Shown here piece after piece: positions 22,725 through 35,454 of a stretch of 64,000 bases of DNA (within the stretch, counting starts at the first letter, position 1; each line of letters opens with the position of its first letter). Source of the DNA: Scyliorhinus canicula (taxonomy: Eukaryota); the NCBI RefSeq assembly GCF_902713615.1, contig NC_052153.1, positions 191,060,826 to 191,124,825 on the forward strand, written 5' to 3'. Made by a program: the position numbers and the translations under genes. The notes under the pieces are model-generated. The model saw nothing but the letters and a program-made list of their open reading frames with translations, ran no database searches and had not been told where the DNA came from.

Positions 22725-23005
22725 CAGGGCGGCACAGTGGTTAGCCCTGCTACCTCACAGCGCCACGAACCCGGGTTCACTTCCAGCCTCGGGTGACAGT
22801 CTGTGCGGAGTCTGCACGTTCTCCCCGTGTCTGCGTGGGTTTCCTCCGGGTGCTCCAGTTTCCTCCCACTGTCCAAAGATGTGTAGGTTAGGTGGGCTTA
22901 CCATGATAAATTCCGGGTTATGGCGATAGGGTGGAGGTGTGGCCCCAATAAGGTGCTCTTTCCAAGGGCCATTGCAGACGCGATGGGCCGAATGGCCTCC
23001 TTCTG
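22725..23005 (+). mobile_element. V-SINE
   Basis: Head, V core and tail. Confidence 0.85.
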
Positions 23006-23009
23006 GGGG

Positions 23010-26000
23010 TGTTTTCTAGAGCTGTTGGGGAGGGTTTAAACTAATGTGGCAGGGGGATGGGAACCAATGCAGGAAGTTGGAAGGTAGTAAAACAGGGACA
23101 GAAACAAAAGGAAGTAAGGGGAAAAGTGCAAGGCAGAGAAGACATAGTCAGAAATCCATAAGGGCGACAGTACAAGGTACAGTGACTGAGGGGAGCACAG
23201 TGAATAGGCCCAGTAATAACAAAAGGAATAAAACTGGAGATGTTAAGATTCAAAACAGAGGTTAAAAAAACCAACATAAGTGTACTTTACCTGAATGCTC
23301 GTAGTATTCGGAATAAAGTAAATGAGTTGGTGGCACAAATCATCGTGAATGACTATGATTTAGTGGCCATTACTGAAACATGGTTAAAGGATGGTCACGA
23401 CTGGGAGTTAAATATCCGAGGGTATCAAACTATTCGGAAGGACAGAGTGGATGGTAAAGGAGGTGGTGTTGCTCTGTTATTTAAGGATGACATCCGGGCA
23501 ATAGTAAGGGATGACATCGGTGCTATGGAGGATAAGGTTGAATCCATTTGGGTGGAAATCAGGAATAGTAAGGCGAAAAAGTCACTGATAGGAGTAGTCT
23601 ATCGGCCACCAAGGGGATGGGACGTTTCGGCGTGGCCAGTTCGGCGTGGCCGATTCGGCGGAGGAGTTTTTCGGCGGAGGGACGGAAATTTATTTAAAAA
23701 TCTATGCTAGCGCTTCCCATTGAGAGTCATAGGCATAGATTTTTAAATAAATTTAAAACCCCCTAAATTTCAGCGGCCGGAGAGGGAAGCTACTCTCTCA
23801 CTGAAGCAATCAGCGGCCGCTGAAATTGACACTGCTGGCTGCTCTCTCCCTCCAATCCAACTTTTAAGTTTTAATGTTTCTGATTGGAGGGAGAGAGCAG
23901 CGGGCAGTGTCAATTTCAGCGGCCGGCTGATTATTTCAGTGAGAGCAGCTTCCCTCTCCGGATCAAAGTGAGCCGGCCGCTGAAATTGACACAACTGACA
24001 GTTGGGGTCCAAAAGCTCCCCCGCGGAGCACCAAACCGGGTCTGACTTTATACAGCCGGTGTTACTGAAGATATTGTGACTTTACACAACGTGTTAAGTC
24101 AGACAGCAGTGTAGATCACCGGGCAGCTGCTTCAATACTTTCAGTAACACCGGCTTTCTTTAAGAGTTTAATGTTGGTGCCTTTCTTTAAGAGACCCGGT
24201 TTGGTGCACAAACACGATATCTGAGGCGGCTGGAAGGAAAAGATACAAGAAATGGGCTGCACAAACATTTTGCGACTATAACTAATTTGACGCCGAAACG
24301 TCCCTCCGCCAAAAAATTCCTCCGTCGAATCGGCTACGCCGAACTGGCCACGCCGAATCAGCCACGCCGAACTGGCCATGCCGAAACGTACCAAACCCGG
24401 CCACCAAATAGTAACGTTATGGTGGGGCAGGCAATAAACAAAGAAATAACTGATGCATGTCGAAATGGTACAGCAGTTATCATGGGGGATTTTAATCTAC
24501 ATGTCGATTGGTTTAACCAGGTCGGTCAAGGCAACCTTGAGGAGGAGTTTATAGAATGTATCCGCGATAGTTTCCTAGAACAGTATGTAATGGAACCTAC
24601 GAGGGAACAAGCGGTCCTAGATCTTGTCCTGTGTAATGAGACAGGATTGATTCATGATCTCATAGTTAGGGATCCTCTCGGAAGGAGCGATCACAATATG
24701 GTGGAATTTAAAATACAGATGGAGGGTGAGAAAGTAAAATCAAATACTAGTGTTTTGTGTTTAAACAAAGGAGATTACAAGGGGATGAGAGAAGAACTAG
24801 CTAAGGTAGACTGGGAGCTAAGACTTTATGGTGGAACAGTTGAGGAACAGTGGAGAACCTTCCAAGCAATTTTTCACAGTGCTCAGCAAAGGTTTATACC
24901 AACAAAAAGGAAGGACGGAAGAAAGAGGGAAAATCGACCGTGGATATCTAAGGAAATAAGGGAGAGTATCAAATTGAAGGAAAAAGCATATAAAGTGGCA
25001 AAGATTGCTGGGAGATTAGAGGACTGGGAAATCTTTAGGGGGCAACAGAAAGCTACTAAAAAAGCTATAAAGAAGAGTAAGATAGAGTATGAGAGTAAAC
25101 TTGCTCAGAATATAAAAACAGACAGTAAAAGTTTTTACAAATATATAAGACAAAAAAGAGTGACTAAGGTAAACATTGGTCCTTTAGAGGATGAGAAGGG
25201 AGTTTTAATAATGGGAAATGAGGAAATGGCTGAGGAACTGAACAGGTTTTTTGGGTCGGTCTTCACAGTGGAAGACACAAATAACATGCCAGCGACTGAT
25301 AGAAACGAGGCTATGACAGGTGAGGACCTTGAGAGGATTGTTATCACTAAGGAGGGAGTGATGGGCAAGCTAATGGGGCTAAAGGTAGACAAGTCTCCTG
25401 GCCCTGATGGAATGCATCCCAGAGTGCTAAAAGAGATGGCTAGGGAAATTGCAGATGCACTAGTGATAATTTACCGAAATTCACTAGACTCTGGGGTGGT
25501 CCTGGTGGATTGGAAATTAGCAAACGTGACGCCACTGTTTAAAAAAGGAGGTAGGCAGAAAGCAGGAAATTATAGGCCAGTGAGCTTAACTTCGGTAATA
25601 GGGAAGATGCTGGAATCTATCATCAAGGAAGAAATAGCGAGGCATCTGGATAGAAATTGTCCCATTGGGCAGACGCAGCATGGGTTCGTAAAAGGCAGGT
25701 CATGCCTAACTAATTTAGTGGAATTTTTTGAGGACATTACCAGTGCAGTAGATAACGGGGAGCTGATGGATGTGGTATATCTGGATTTCCAGAAAGCCTT
25801 TGACAAGGTGCCACACAAAAGGTTGCTGCATAAGATAAAGATGCATGGCATTAAGGGTAAAGTAGTAGCATGGATAGAGGATTGGTTAATTAATAGAAAG
25901 CAAAGAGTTGGGATAAATGGGTGTTTCTCTGGTTGGCAATCAGTAGCTAGTGGTGTCCCTCAGGGATCCGTGTTGGGCCCACAATTGTTCACAATTTACA

Positions 26001-26972
26001 TAGATGATTTGGAGTTGGGGACCAAGGGCAATGTGTCCAAGTTTGCAGATGACACTAAGATGAGTGGTAAAGCGAAAAGTGCAGAGGATACTGGAAGTCT
26101 GCAGAGGGATTTGGATAGGTTAAGTGAATGGGCTAGGGTCTGGCAGATGGAATACAATGTTGACAAATGTGAGGTTATCCATTTTGGTAGGAATAACAGC
26201 AAACGGGATTATTATTTAAACGATAAAATATTAAAGCATGCCGCTGTTCAGAGAGACTTGGGTGTGCTAGTGCATGAGTCACAGAAGGTTGGTTTACAAG
26301 TGCAACAGGTGATTAAGAAGGCAAATGGAATTTTGTCCTTCATTGCTAGAGGGATGGAGTTTAAGACTAGGGAGGTTATGTTGCAATTGTATAAGGTGTT
26401 AGTGCGGCCACACCTGGAGTATTGTGTTCAGTTTTGGTCTCCTTACTTGAGAAAGGACGTACTGGCGCTGGAGGGTGTGCAGAGGAGATTCACTAGGTTA
26501 ATCCCAGAGCTGAAGGGATTGGATTATGAGGAGAGGTTGAGTAGACTGGGACTGTACTCGTTGGAATTTAGAAGGATGAGGGGGGATCTTATAGAAACAT
26601 TTAAAATTATGAAGGGAATAGATAGGATAGATGCGGGCAGGTTGTTTCCACTGGCGGGTGACAGCAGAACTAGGGGACATAGCCTCAAAATAAGGGGAAG
26701 TAGATTTAGGACTGAATTTAGGAGGAACTTCTTCACCCAAAGGGTTGTGAATCTATGGAATTCCTTGCCCAGTGAAGCAGTTGAGGCTCCTTCATTACAT
26801 GTTTTTAAGGTAAAGATAGATAGTTTTTTGAAGAATAAAGGGATTAAGGGTTATGGTGTTCGGGCCGGAAAGTGGAGCTGAGTCCACAAAAGATCAGCCA
26901 TGATCTAATTGAATGGCGGAGCAGGCTCGAGGGGCCAGATGGCCTACTTCTGCTCCTAGTTCTTATGTTCTT
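23010..26972 (+). mobile_element. CR1 LINE, 5'-truncated; ORF2 (EN+RT) broken only by a MITE
   Basis: EN motifs NARSI, TETW, GDFN, RSDH; RT motifs [12 protein letters not shown]. ORFs 23240-23710 and 24287-26881 share one frame; (ttctt)-type tail. Confidence 0.95.
23613..24398. mobile_element. Foldback MITE, Mutator-like
   Basis: 9-bp TSD ggccaccaa (23604-23612 and 24399-24407); imperfect TIRs of about 70-95 bp built from ttcggcgtggcc repeats; several internal inverted repeats. Confidence 0.85.
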
Positions 26973-27046
26973 CTGCACTGTAGGGATTCTATCATTCTAT
27001 GGAGGCGGATTCAGTCAGAACTTTCAAAAGAGAAATGGATAATGAA

Positions 27047-27228
27047 TGAAAAATGAAAATCGCTTATTGTCACGAGTAGGCTTCAATGAAGTTACTGTGA
27101 AAAGCCCCTAGTCGCCACATTCCGGCGCCTGTCCGGGGAGGCTGGTATGGGAATCGAACCGTGCTGCTGGCCTGCTTGGTCTGCTTTAAAAGCCAGCAAT
27201 TTAGCCCAGTGAGCTAAACCAGCCCCTA
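27047..27228 (-). mobile_element. tRNA-derived SINE family B
   Basis: Full head and tail on the minus strand. Confidence 0.88.
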
Positions 27229-27819
27229 AATACTTGAAGTAAAAATCAACAGGACTATCGGGAAAGGAGGAGGGGAGGCGGGGAGTGGGAACTAGGCGAA
27301 TTATACTGGGAGATAGATCTGGCATGGACATGACAGGCTGAATGGACCCCTGCCCTGCTGTGACCATTCTATGATTCCCAGGGCTGGCACTGCCACGGTG
27401 GGCAGAATGGCCCCCTGCATAAGCTGCATGATTCACACACTGCTGAGAAACCGAGAAATCACAAGGCGAGAATAAATTTAGCCTTAAATGTTCAGCTGAA
27501 CAACACTGGAGTGGAACGCGAGAGGCTTCCTTCATTGTGGTTAGGCCATAGCTCATTTCCATATCCCTCACCAGGGCCGGGTTCTGTGAGAAAAACGTTA
27601 CGACGGGAAGTAGCTGGTTGGGATGCAGTCATGCGCTACATGCAGATCTTATGCAATGCTCAACATGTTTGACGTACTATCAAAGCTTGGCACGTGACTA
27701 GACCTCTGTGATTCACAAGAAGGTGGAAGTACAGACTTAAAAACCCTGAAATTCAGAATATTTATGGATTCCCATGGAATTTAATTAATTCCACCACCGT
27801 AAAGAAATGCTGCATCTTT

Positions 27820-28065
27820 TTGACGGAAGGTAGTAGGGGTAACTCCTACTCTGAATCTGTGGAACTATTTGCCGCAGAGGTCTATGGAGGCCAAAGTCAC
27901 AGAGTGTTTAAGACAGAGATAGATAGGTTCTCAATTAATAAGGGGATCAGGGGCTTTGGAGAGAAGGCAGGAGAATGGGGATGAGAAATATATCAGCCAT
28001 GATTAAAAGGCAGAGCAGACTTGATGGGCCGAGTGGCCTAATTCTGCTCCTATGTCTTATGCTCC
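27820..28065 (+). mobile_element. CR1 3' end fragment
   Basis: gaatctgtggaac..gatagataggttc..gggccgagtggcct..tatgtcttatg tail. Confidence 0.75.
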
Positions 28066-28540
28066 CATTGGCCATAATCTCCTGCTCTTCGAACATAAGC
28101 GCAAATCATGACCATGTCTGGGTTCCGATCCCCGCTCTCACCGCCAATTAGGAGGCAGCCTCCATGCCTGCCGTCCAATTAGAGGTGGAGGCAGTTCCCC
28201 GAGGTTCCGGGCCCAATCAGAGGAACTGTATCTCATACCTATCTTTATTGTCACAAGTGGGCTTACATTAACACTGCGATGAAGTTACTGTAGCCTTGGT
28301 AATATGGTAGATCTCTCGGAACATGTGGGCAGTGCCACTCCGGTGGGGCAAACACCTCGAGGTGACCTCGACCAGGTGAAAATTCACATCCCTTTGGAAT
28401 TCCAAACAAAAATCGCAACCCTCTGAATAAAGTTCTCCTCATTTCAGTCTTCAATGCGGACCCCTTCTTCATTGTTGTACATTCCACCATGGGATAAACA
28501 TTCTCAGCAGCTACCTTATCAAGCCCCTCCAGAATCTTAT

Positions 28541-29163
28541 GGGCGGGATTCTCCTATAATGGGGCTGTGTCCCCACGCCTGCGTGAAAAGCGACGCCACC
28601 CACTCCGGCGTCAATGGTCCCCGATGATGGGGAATGTTCCCCTTCCTAGGGGGCTAGGTCGGCGCCGGAGTGGTCCCGGCAGCCAGCCGGCGCGGAGCAG
28701 ACGGCTGGCGTCATTCCGCGCATGCGAGGGGGTTCCCTTCTTGCGCGGCCCTTGGGCAATATGGCGCCTGGCGCGGAGGAACGCAGGCCCCCACAGAACC
28801 AGCCCGCCCGCCGATCGGTAGGCCCCGATCGCGGGCCAGGCCACCGTTCCCCCCCCCCCCCCCCCCCCGGGGTCAGATTCCCCTGCACCCCCAGGACGGC
28901 CCCTGCAGACGGACCTGAGTAAACCACACCGACGGTACTCGGCCGAACTCGGCGGCCACTCAGCCCATCGGGCCCCGGAGAACCGCCGGCTTTGGGGGGG
29001 GCGTATTCAACAGACTCCGACCAGCGCGGCGGGAATCCCGCCAGTGCCCGAGAATCGGCGGGGGAGAATGGGGAAGCCGGCGTCAGGGCAGCGGGCTACG
29101 ATTCCCGCATCCCCCCACCTCCGGGGATTCTCCGAGCTGGCGCGGGGTCGGAGAATCCCGACC
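28541..29163. mobile_element. PIF/Harbinger-like MITE
   Basis: TIR gggcgggattctcc ... ggagaatcccgacc with a GC-rich interior; the TSD is imperfect. Confidence 0.7.
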
Positions 29164-29924
29164 TTTATGTTTCAAGGAGATAACTTGTCTCAACTTTAAA
29201 AAATATGGGTGTTGACTATAATCCATCATCCCTTGTGTGTTTATCTAGTTTGACGAAGACTATAGATGCTAAAATTTGAAGTAACTTCAGGAAATGCTGT
29301 TAAATACTCAGCAAGTCTGCAGACCGTGGCGTTGTTTCAGGTCAAGGTTTATCTGCCTTCCTTGGCTGATTCTCCCACATTCTACCCTCTGTAAACTTGG
29401 GTTCAACTCCGCTCTAACTCGCCACCAAGTCCTGTTCCCCCATCACCCTCCCCCCCCCCCCCCCCCCCCCCGTGCCCGGGTGACCCACATTAGCCCTTGG
29501 TCAAGCCATGTCTTGACTTTATCATTTTTATCCTTCTTTCCAAATCCCCTCATGGCCTCATCCACCCCTCCCACCCCATCCCCCCCCCACCCCATCTCCC
29601 CCCCCCCCCCCCCCCCCCCCCCCGCCCCGACCCACCCGACAATCCCTGTAATTTCTTCCAGCCCCACAACCCTCCGAAATATTTGCGTTCCTCCTATTCT
29701 GGCCTCTAATGCACCCCCCCCCCAGTTTTAATCGCTCCATCCCTCAAACTTTAGTATTCCCTCCCCAAATCTCTCCACCTCTTTACTTCACATTACGACA
29801 CACCTTACAACCTCCCAATATGATTGGTGATTTCACCCAATATCTGCTATTATGGCTAAGTGTCATATCTTGTTTTATAATGCTATTCTTTTTTATTATT
29901 TCCTGGGATTTGGGTGCCATTGGC

Positions 29925-30285
29925 AAGGCCACCGATTGCTGCCCACCCCTAATTGCCCTTTAATTGGGTGCTTGGCTAGGCAGAGGGCAGTTAAGAATCA
30001 ATCCCTTTGCTGCAGGTCTGGAGTCACATGTAGGCCAGACTGGGTAAGGACGGCAGATTCCCCTCCCTGAAGGTCATTAGTGAACCAGATAGGGTTTTAA
30101 CAACAATGAACGATAGTTTAATGGTCACCATTACTGAAACTAGCTTTCCTTGTCACATTATTAATTGTATTGACATTCCACCAGCTGCCATGGTGGGATT
30201 TTAATCTATAATCCCAGAGCATTAACCTGGGGCCTCTGCATTACCAGTCCAGCGACATTACCGCTTAGCCACCATCTCCCCTATC
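29925..30285 (-). mobile_element. Deu-domain SINE (SacSINE1-like)
   Basis: Reverse complement of the 16690 family (ggtctggagtcacat..attagtgaacc). Confidence 0.7.
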
Positions 30286-30894
30286 GATCCCTGATCGCAT
30301 TGGGCGATCAGAATCGACTTGCCAACCAATCAGCATGTATTTTTCCTGTAGTATAAATTGTTGCGATAGTCTGAAATTTGCCATTCTTGCATTTGTCCCG
30401 ATGAATACTCGCCGACACGTGTCTCTCTTTTCAGCAATATACCCAATTACTTAACCTCGCCCACTCCACGGTCAGTGTGCTAATTATCTGTGTTCCTCAG
30501 TTAACCATCCATCTGCCGGTGGAAATCATTTCGCCCTATTCAGCCTCTAAAACCCGGCATCATTTTGGACAATTCTATTCAATCACACATTAAACCGCTC
30601 TGCTGTAAGGAGAACAATCCTAATTTCTCTGCGTAACTGAACTTCCCTCAAACCTTCTACCGTCCCAGTAAATCAGTTCCCTCTGTAACCCTCTCCAAGG
30701 CACTGAAATGCTTTCTATGGTTGCTCTTGGCCAGATTGGTTGTTCAGTGGGGTTGTCACCAGCCTAGCTAGGCCCAATCTGATTCAATGCCCAAACATCA
30801 GGGTACTAAGGAAACTGTGCCTGGCTGTATAACTGAAGCAATAGTTAAAGGTTGGAGGACAGGAGAGAGGGATGAGGTCCAGAGGCAGACAAAG

Positions 30895-31165
30895 CCTTGA
30901 AGCAGACCCATGGGAGCCCCACCACCTGGAGGTTCCCCTCCAAGTCACCCACCACCCTGACTTGGAAATATATCGCCGTTCCCTCACTGTCGCTGGGTCA
31001 AAATCAAGGAACTCTCTCCCTAACAGCACTGTGGGTGTGCCTACACCACATGGACAGCAGCGGCTCAAGAAGGCAGCTCACCACCACCTTTTGAAGGGTA
31101 AATAGGGAAGGACAATAAATGCTGGCCTAACCAGCAAAGCTCGCATCCCGTAAATGAATAAAGGA
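30895..31165 (+). mobile_element. CR1-like 3' end whose tail is shared with the Deu SINE
   Basis: cagcagcggctcaagaaggcagctcaccaccac..ggacaataaatgctggcc. Confidence 0.7.
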
Positions 31166-31590
31166 AAAGATAGACAGAAGGTGGGGCTCAACAAGTAGCT
31201 GGAAATGAGGTAAAAACAAGGGTTTTCAATGAGTGCTAGTGTTCAAACCTTTGAGGGATTTTCCCTGCACATTCCATTGGTGGGACAGTGAGCAGCCACT
31301 TCTAACTTTGCTATGAGGAAGGAGCTGAAGGCCGAGAATCAATAGTTCTGCCCTGCACCTCTGTATACAGACGACTGAGTTAGCCCCCACCTCTCTCCCT
31401 ATTCCCCTTACAGAAGGAGTCACATTCGACTCCCAACATTAACTCCCTCTCCCCAGGATGCTGCCAGACTTCTCCAGCAATTTCTATCTGGATCACCCCC
31501 TCAGTTCCCTGTCCCAGTCCCTTGTCCTGTGGAGGTTACAATCATCAGCTCGCCAGCGAGTGACAGAGAGGCAGTGATCAGAGTACATAC

Positions 31591-31630
31591 CTGGGAGAGA
31601 CAACAGCAGCATCAGCCACACAGCCCTCAT
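31591..31630 (-). CDS. SIGLEC15: SIGLEC15-like exon 1: signal peptide MRAVWLMLLLSLP(G) (40 nt, phase 1)
   Basis: ATG at 31630 and donor GTATGT at 31590. The phase matches the V exon and gives MRAVWLMLLLSLPGGEG/VSVEV, a plausible cleavage site. Confidence 0.78.
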
Positions 31631-31659
31631 GTTCACTCTGCACAGGCACCTTCTCAAAA

Positions 31660-32590
31660 GCCCTCTCTCTCTCTCTCTCTCACTCCAACCAGGAAGTCAG
31701 TTCGCTTCCTCAGAGAGAGACAAAGAAACGTATGACTGGCAAAACCGAAAGTAGAAATTCCAAATTGCTGTCCAGTGACTCAGCTAGCAAAAAAAAACCC
31801 TCCTCAAACTCGTCTCAGTCTCGGGGCTAAAGTCATCTTTATCATGTTACTCATTCATCATGGATGAAATCATTAAATCCTGTGACTGACCAGCCCCCCT
31901 CCTCTCCTCCCCATAAGTCTGGCTGAAGGTAGGAGGGGGAAGGAGGGGGAGGGCAGCTTGTTTTATATTTACAGAAGTGAGAATCCTCAAGTTCCTCAGA
32001 ATAAAACCCCAAAAACTGACAAATGTTGGCAATATCAGGCAGAATTAGTACTAACACAGGAAGTCCCGGAAATGCATGAGGATATGTTCCCTCAACACCC
32101 AACCTGACTTGATCCTGTGGGTTTTTTAATTGAACTACAATTTGTTTTTTTCCTTGTTCTGCGAGGAGAAGTTGCTTCTTGATGAACCACACTCCTCATA
32201 CCCTCTGCTGCAGGGGAGAATTTGCTTGGGAGGTGAGATAGGCGAAGTGACCATTGATTTTTGTTTTCCCTTTGGTCTTCTCATTCCTGATTATTTTCAG
32301 TCTGTGCGTCAGGAAGGGTGGACAAATGAAGGAAGGGATTTTTTTTCTCAAACAGGGATTGACCGCCCCCTCGTGGGAAAATCCCTCAGGAAATGTCACT
32401 TGAAGAATCCCAGCAATTCGGGCCTGAGGACAACACTCCTTTCTGACTTGGAGTCAGGGGGTTGTACTGTCAGCTCTGTCACATGCTCTGTGTGAATTTT
32501 GGGTGCATTTCTTTTTAAATCTCTAGGGGGAGGATTGGAAAACCCAAATTCAGACACCTGCCCGGTCAAACACGCCAGAGGGAATCCCCA
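31660..32590 (-). promoter_or_regulatory. Putative promoter of the SIGLEC15-like gene with immune transcription-factor motifs
   Basis: (CT)n at about 31663-31681; ETS GGAAG 31692-31696; GAGGAAGCGAA (minus, about 31701-31711); AAACCGAAAGT about 31742-31752; TGACTCA 31776-31782; kB-like GGGAAAATCCC 32375-32385 and GGGAATCCCC 32580-32589. Confidence 0.55.
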
Positions 32591-32894
32591 AGCTAGTGGT
32601 TCCCGGAGCTGTATGTCGCAGAAATCTTGCATCTTGCTTCTCCTGGCCCACAAGGATAAAAACAGTAACAGGCCGGTCACCAACTGTGCTTTGGGCACTG
32701 GTTGTTCTGGTTAACAGCTGGTTAACTATGGGCGGATGGAAGCTGGTTGACCGCGATCAAGGGAGGAGATGATCTCAGCTGGCAATATAGATGGTGGTGA
32801 TGTCACCACTCCAGTGAACCAGGTTAGTGCTCTGGTGACATGGATCCAAATCCCACCCGTTACAGCCGCTGGAATTTAAGTCGCCCCCTGCGCC

Positions 32895-33228
32895 GCTGCA
32901 TGGTGGTTAGCATAAATGCTTCACAGCTCCAGGGTCCCAGGTTCGGTTCCCGGCTGGGTCACTGTCTGTGCGGAGTCTGCACATCCTCCCTGTGTGTGCG
33001 TGGGTTTCCTCCGGGTGCTCCGGTTTCCTCCCACAGTCCAAAGATGTGCGGGTTAGGTGGATTGGCCATGATAAATTGCCCGTAGTGTCCTAAAAAGTAA
33101 GGTTAGGGGGGGGGGGGGATTGTTGGGTTACGGGTATAGGGTGGGTTTGAGTAGGGTGATCATTGCTCGGCACAACATCGAGGGCCGAAGGGCCTGTTCT
33201 GTGCTGTACTGTTCTATGTTCTATGTTC
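32895..33228 (+). mobile_element. V-SINE (HE1-like)
   Basis: Near-identical to 5734-6084. Confidence 0.9.
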
Positions 33229-33769
33229 TCCCATCTGGAGTAGCGGCTATGGTCAGGGAGCCGCTGCTCAGGAATCTGAACCTCCGCCAATACCGTTCCG
33301 AGTGGCTGGCGGAGGGATGGGCTGTGGCTGCCGGGGTGGGGGACGTGCTGGGTGGCAGGGGAGTGGGCTGAATGACACCCCAGGGGTTGGTGCAATGCTC
33401 GACGGTGAGTGTCTGGCTCACAGCCAATGGCAACCCAGACCACAAAATGGTCGTGCGCGAACCCGCGGCACTCGTGGCCTTGAGGATGCGCAGGTGTGCG
33501 GTGGACGCCCGTCTGAGCGCACCCCCGCTCCAAGGACCGAACCACTTCCCCCCCCTCGGGATCCAGAGCCCCACAGCCTGAACGGCCTTGCGGAAATGCC
33601 CTCCGTGCCCATTCGCATGGCGCGGAGCGGTTTCCTGTATGTTCTGATGATTCACACCTTTCACTTCCTCGCCCATCGCCCGGACACGCCTTGGAGTGCC
33701 CTGTTGCCTGCTGGCAGCGGAGGTCCCTCTGCAGAGGAATCCTCCCCCTTAAAAACCTTTTTAAAATTT

Positions 33770-34070
33770 AAATTAATATTCTTTATTGTCACAAGTAGGC
33801 TCACATTAACACTGCTATGAAGTTACTGTGAAAAGCCCCTAGTCGCCACACTCCAGCCCATGTTCGGGCACACACAGAGCAAATTCAGAATGTCCAATTC
33901 ACCTAACAACACATCTTTCGGGACCTGTGGGAGGAAACCGGAGCACCCGGAGGAAACTCACGCAGACACTGGGAGAACGTGCAGACACTGGGAGAACGTG
34001 CAGACTCCGCACAGACAGTGACGCAAGCCGGGAATCGAACCCGGGACTCTGGCGCTGTTCCTCAGCACGG
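33770..34070 (-). mobile_element. V-SINE with cttgtgacaataaa-type tail
   Basis: Minus-strand V core; tail gtaacttcat..gcctacttgtgacaataaag; internal 19-bp duplication at about 33962-34000. Confidence 0.85.
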
Positions 34071-34458
34071 TAGCATGTGCTACCACGCTGCCCTGGGGTG
34101 GAGGGTGTTGCATCAGGTCACGGACTCCCAAGATACCTGCCCCTTTTTGCAGCCATGTGGAGTCCGTTGTCCATGTTAACCGTGGACCACGTTTATATAG
34201 GTTGCTACATACTGCACTCCTCGGCTACAATCGCGGCCAGGTGTCCCTGGAGATGGAGCGCAGAGTGTCCACTGGCACAATTGATCCCATCTGTGTCCGC
34301 TGGGTGCTGGAGGGGCTGGGTGTATTATTGACCCCGTTAATCACATTTTGGTTTGATGGTTTTAGTCTCATTTGTGATTAGTTTTGTGTTTGAGGCAGTT
34401 TCCCCCAAGGGACTGTCCCTTTAATTTGTCCCTCACTTTATTTGATTTCTTTTACTTG

Positions 34459-35147
34459 GGGCGCGATTCTCCGCAAATGCGGAGAGTCGTAAAGGCTGCC
34501 GTGAAACTGGCCGTGTTTCACGGCAGCCTCCGCGCCCCCTCCCGGGACCCGATTCTCCCCCCCGGGCGGGGCTAGCAGCGGGGCCCCGTGAACCACGGCA
34601 TCGCGGCCTTAGCGACCGTCGCTAAGTCCGCGTGCCAAGCGTCATGCCGGCTGACACGCACAATGACGTCAGCCGCGCATGCGCAGATTGGACGGCTCCA
34701 ACCCGCGCATGCGCGGGGCTGTCATCTCCCTCGGCCGCCCCGCGGACTGATCCTGCGGGGCGGCGGAGGGAGAAAGAGTGCATCCGTTACGGGCGCACTG
34801 CCCGCGATCGGTTCCCACCGATCGCGGGCCCATGCCCCCCTTGGCACGGCCGTGGTACTGCCGTGCCAATCGGGGCCCTGGGTGCCCAGAACGGGCATGT
34901 TGCGGCTGTTTTTACGACGGCAGCAAGCAGGTGTGTTTGCTGCCATAAAAACGGCCGTAAAGGCCTGGGAACTCGGCCCATCGGCCTGGGGAGAATCGCT
35001 GTTCGCCGTAAAAATGGCGAGCAGCAATTCGTGTCGTGGGGCGGCAGTGGGGGGGGGGGGGGGGGGAATAGCGGGAGGGCGTGAAAAATGTCAGGGACGC
35101 CCTCCCGCTATTCTCCGACCCGTCATGGGCAGCAGAGAATCGCACCC
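34459..35147. mobile_element. PIF/Harbinger-like MITE
   Basis: TIR gggcgcgattctcc ... agagaatcgcaccc; 3-bp TSD ttg (34456-34458 and 35148-35150). Confidence 0.82.
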
Positions 35148-35454
35148 TTGGTTCTTGGTGTTAATTAAAATAATTGAAATCTGGCTGATCCCACTTAAAG
35201 AGCAGTTCACTTGAAATTAATAAGGGCACCACTACCCGACCCATGATGACATTTTGTGCTTCACCATGACACTGATGTGCGTTATTCTGAAAATCCAGTT
35301 TGGATGAGTTTGGTTTCACACTGGGAAAAATTGAATCAATACAAGACTTCCCAATCTCCCAGAAGACTCACCCCGCATACAGTAAGGCTTATAAGTGCGT
35401 AGATGTGTGGAATATTGACTAAACTGTTGATCAAGAATGTCAAGGAGACAGTAG

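Noticed and set aside
30385-30435. Possible hammerhead ribozyme in a Penelope-like terminal repeat (gtcccgatgaa..)
   Set aside because: The core reads CCGATGA instead of CTGANGA and no GAAA follows; at best a decayed remnant.
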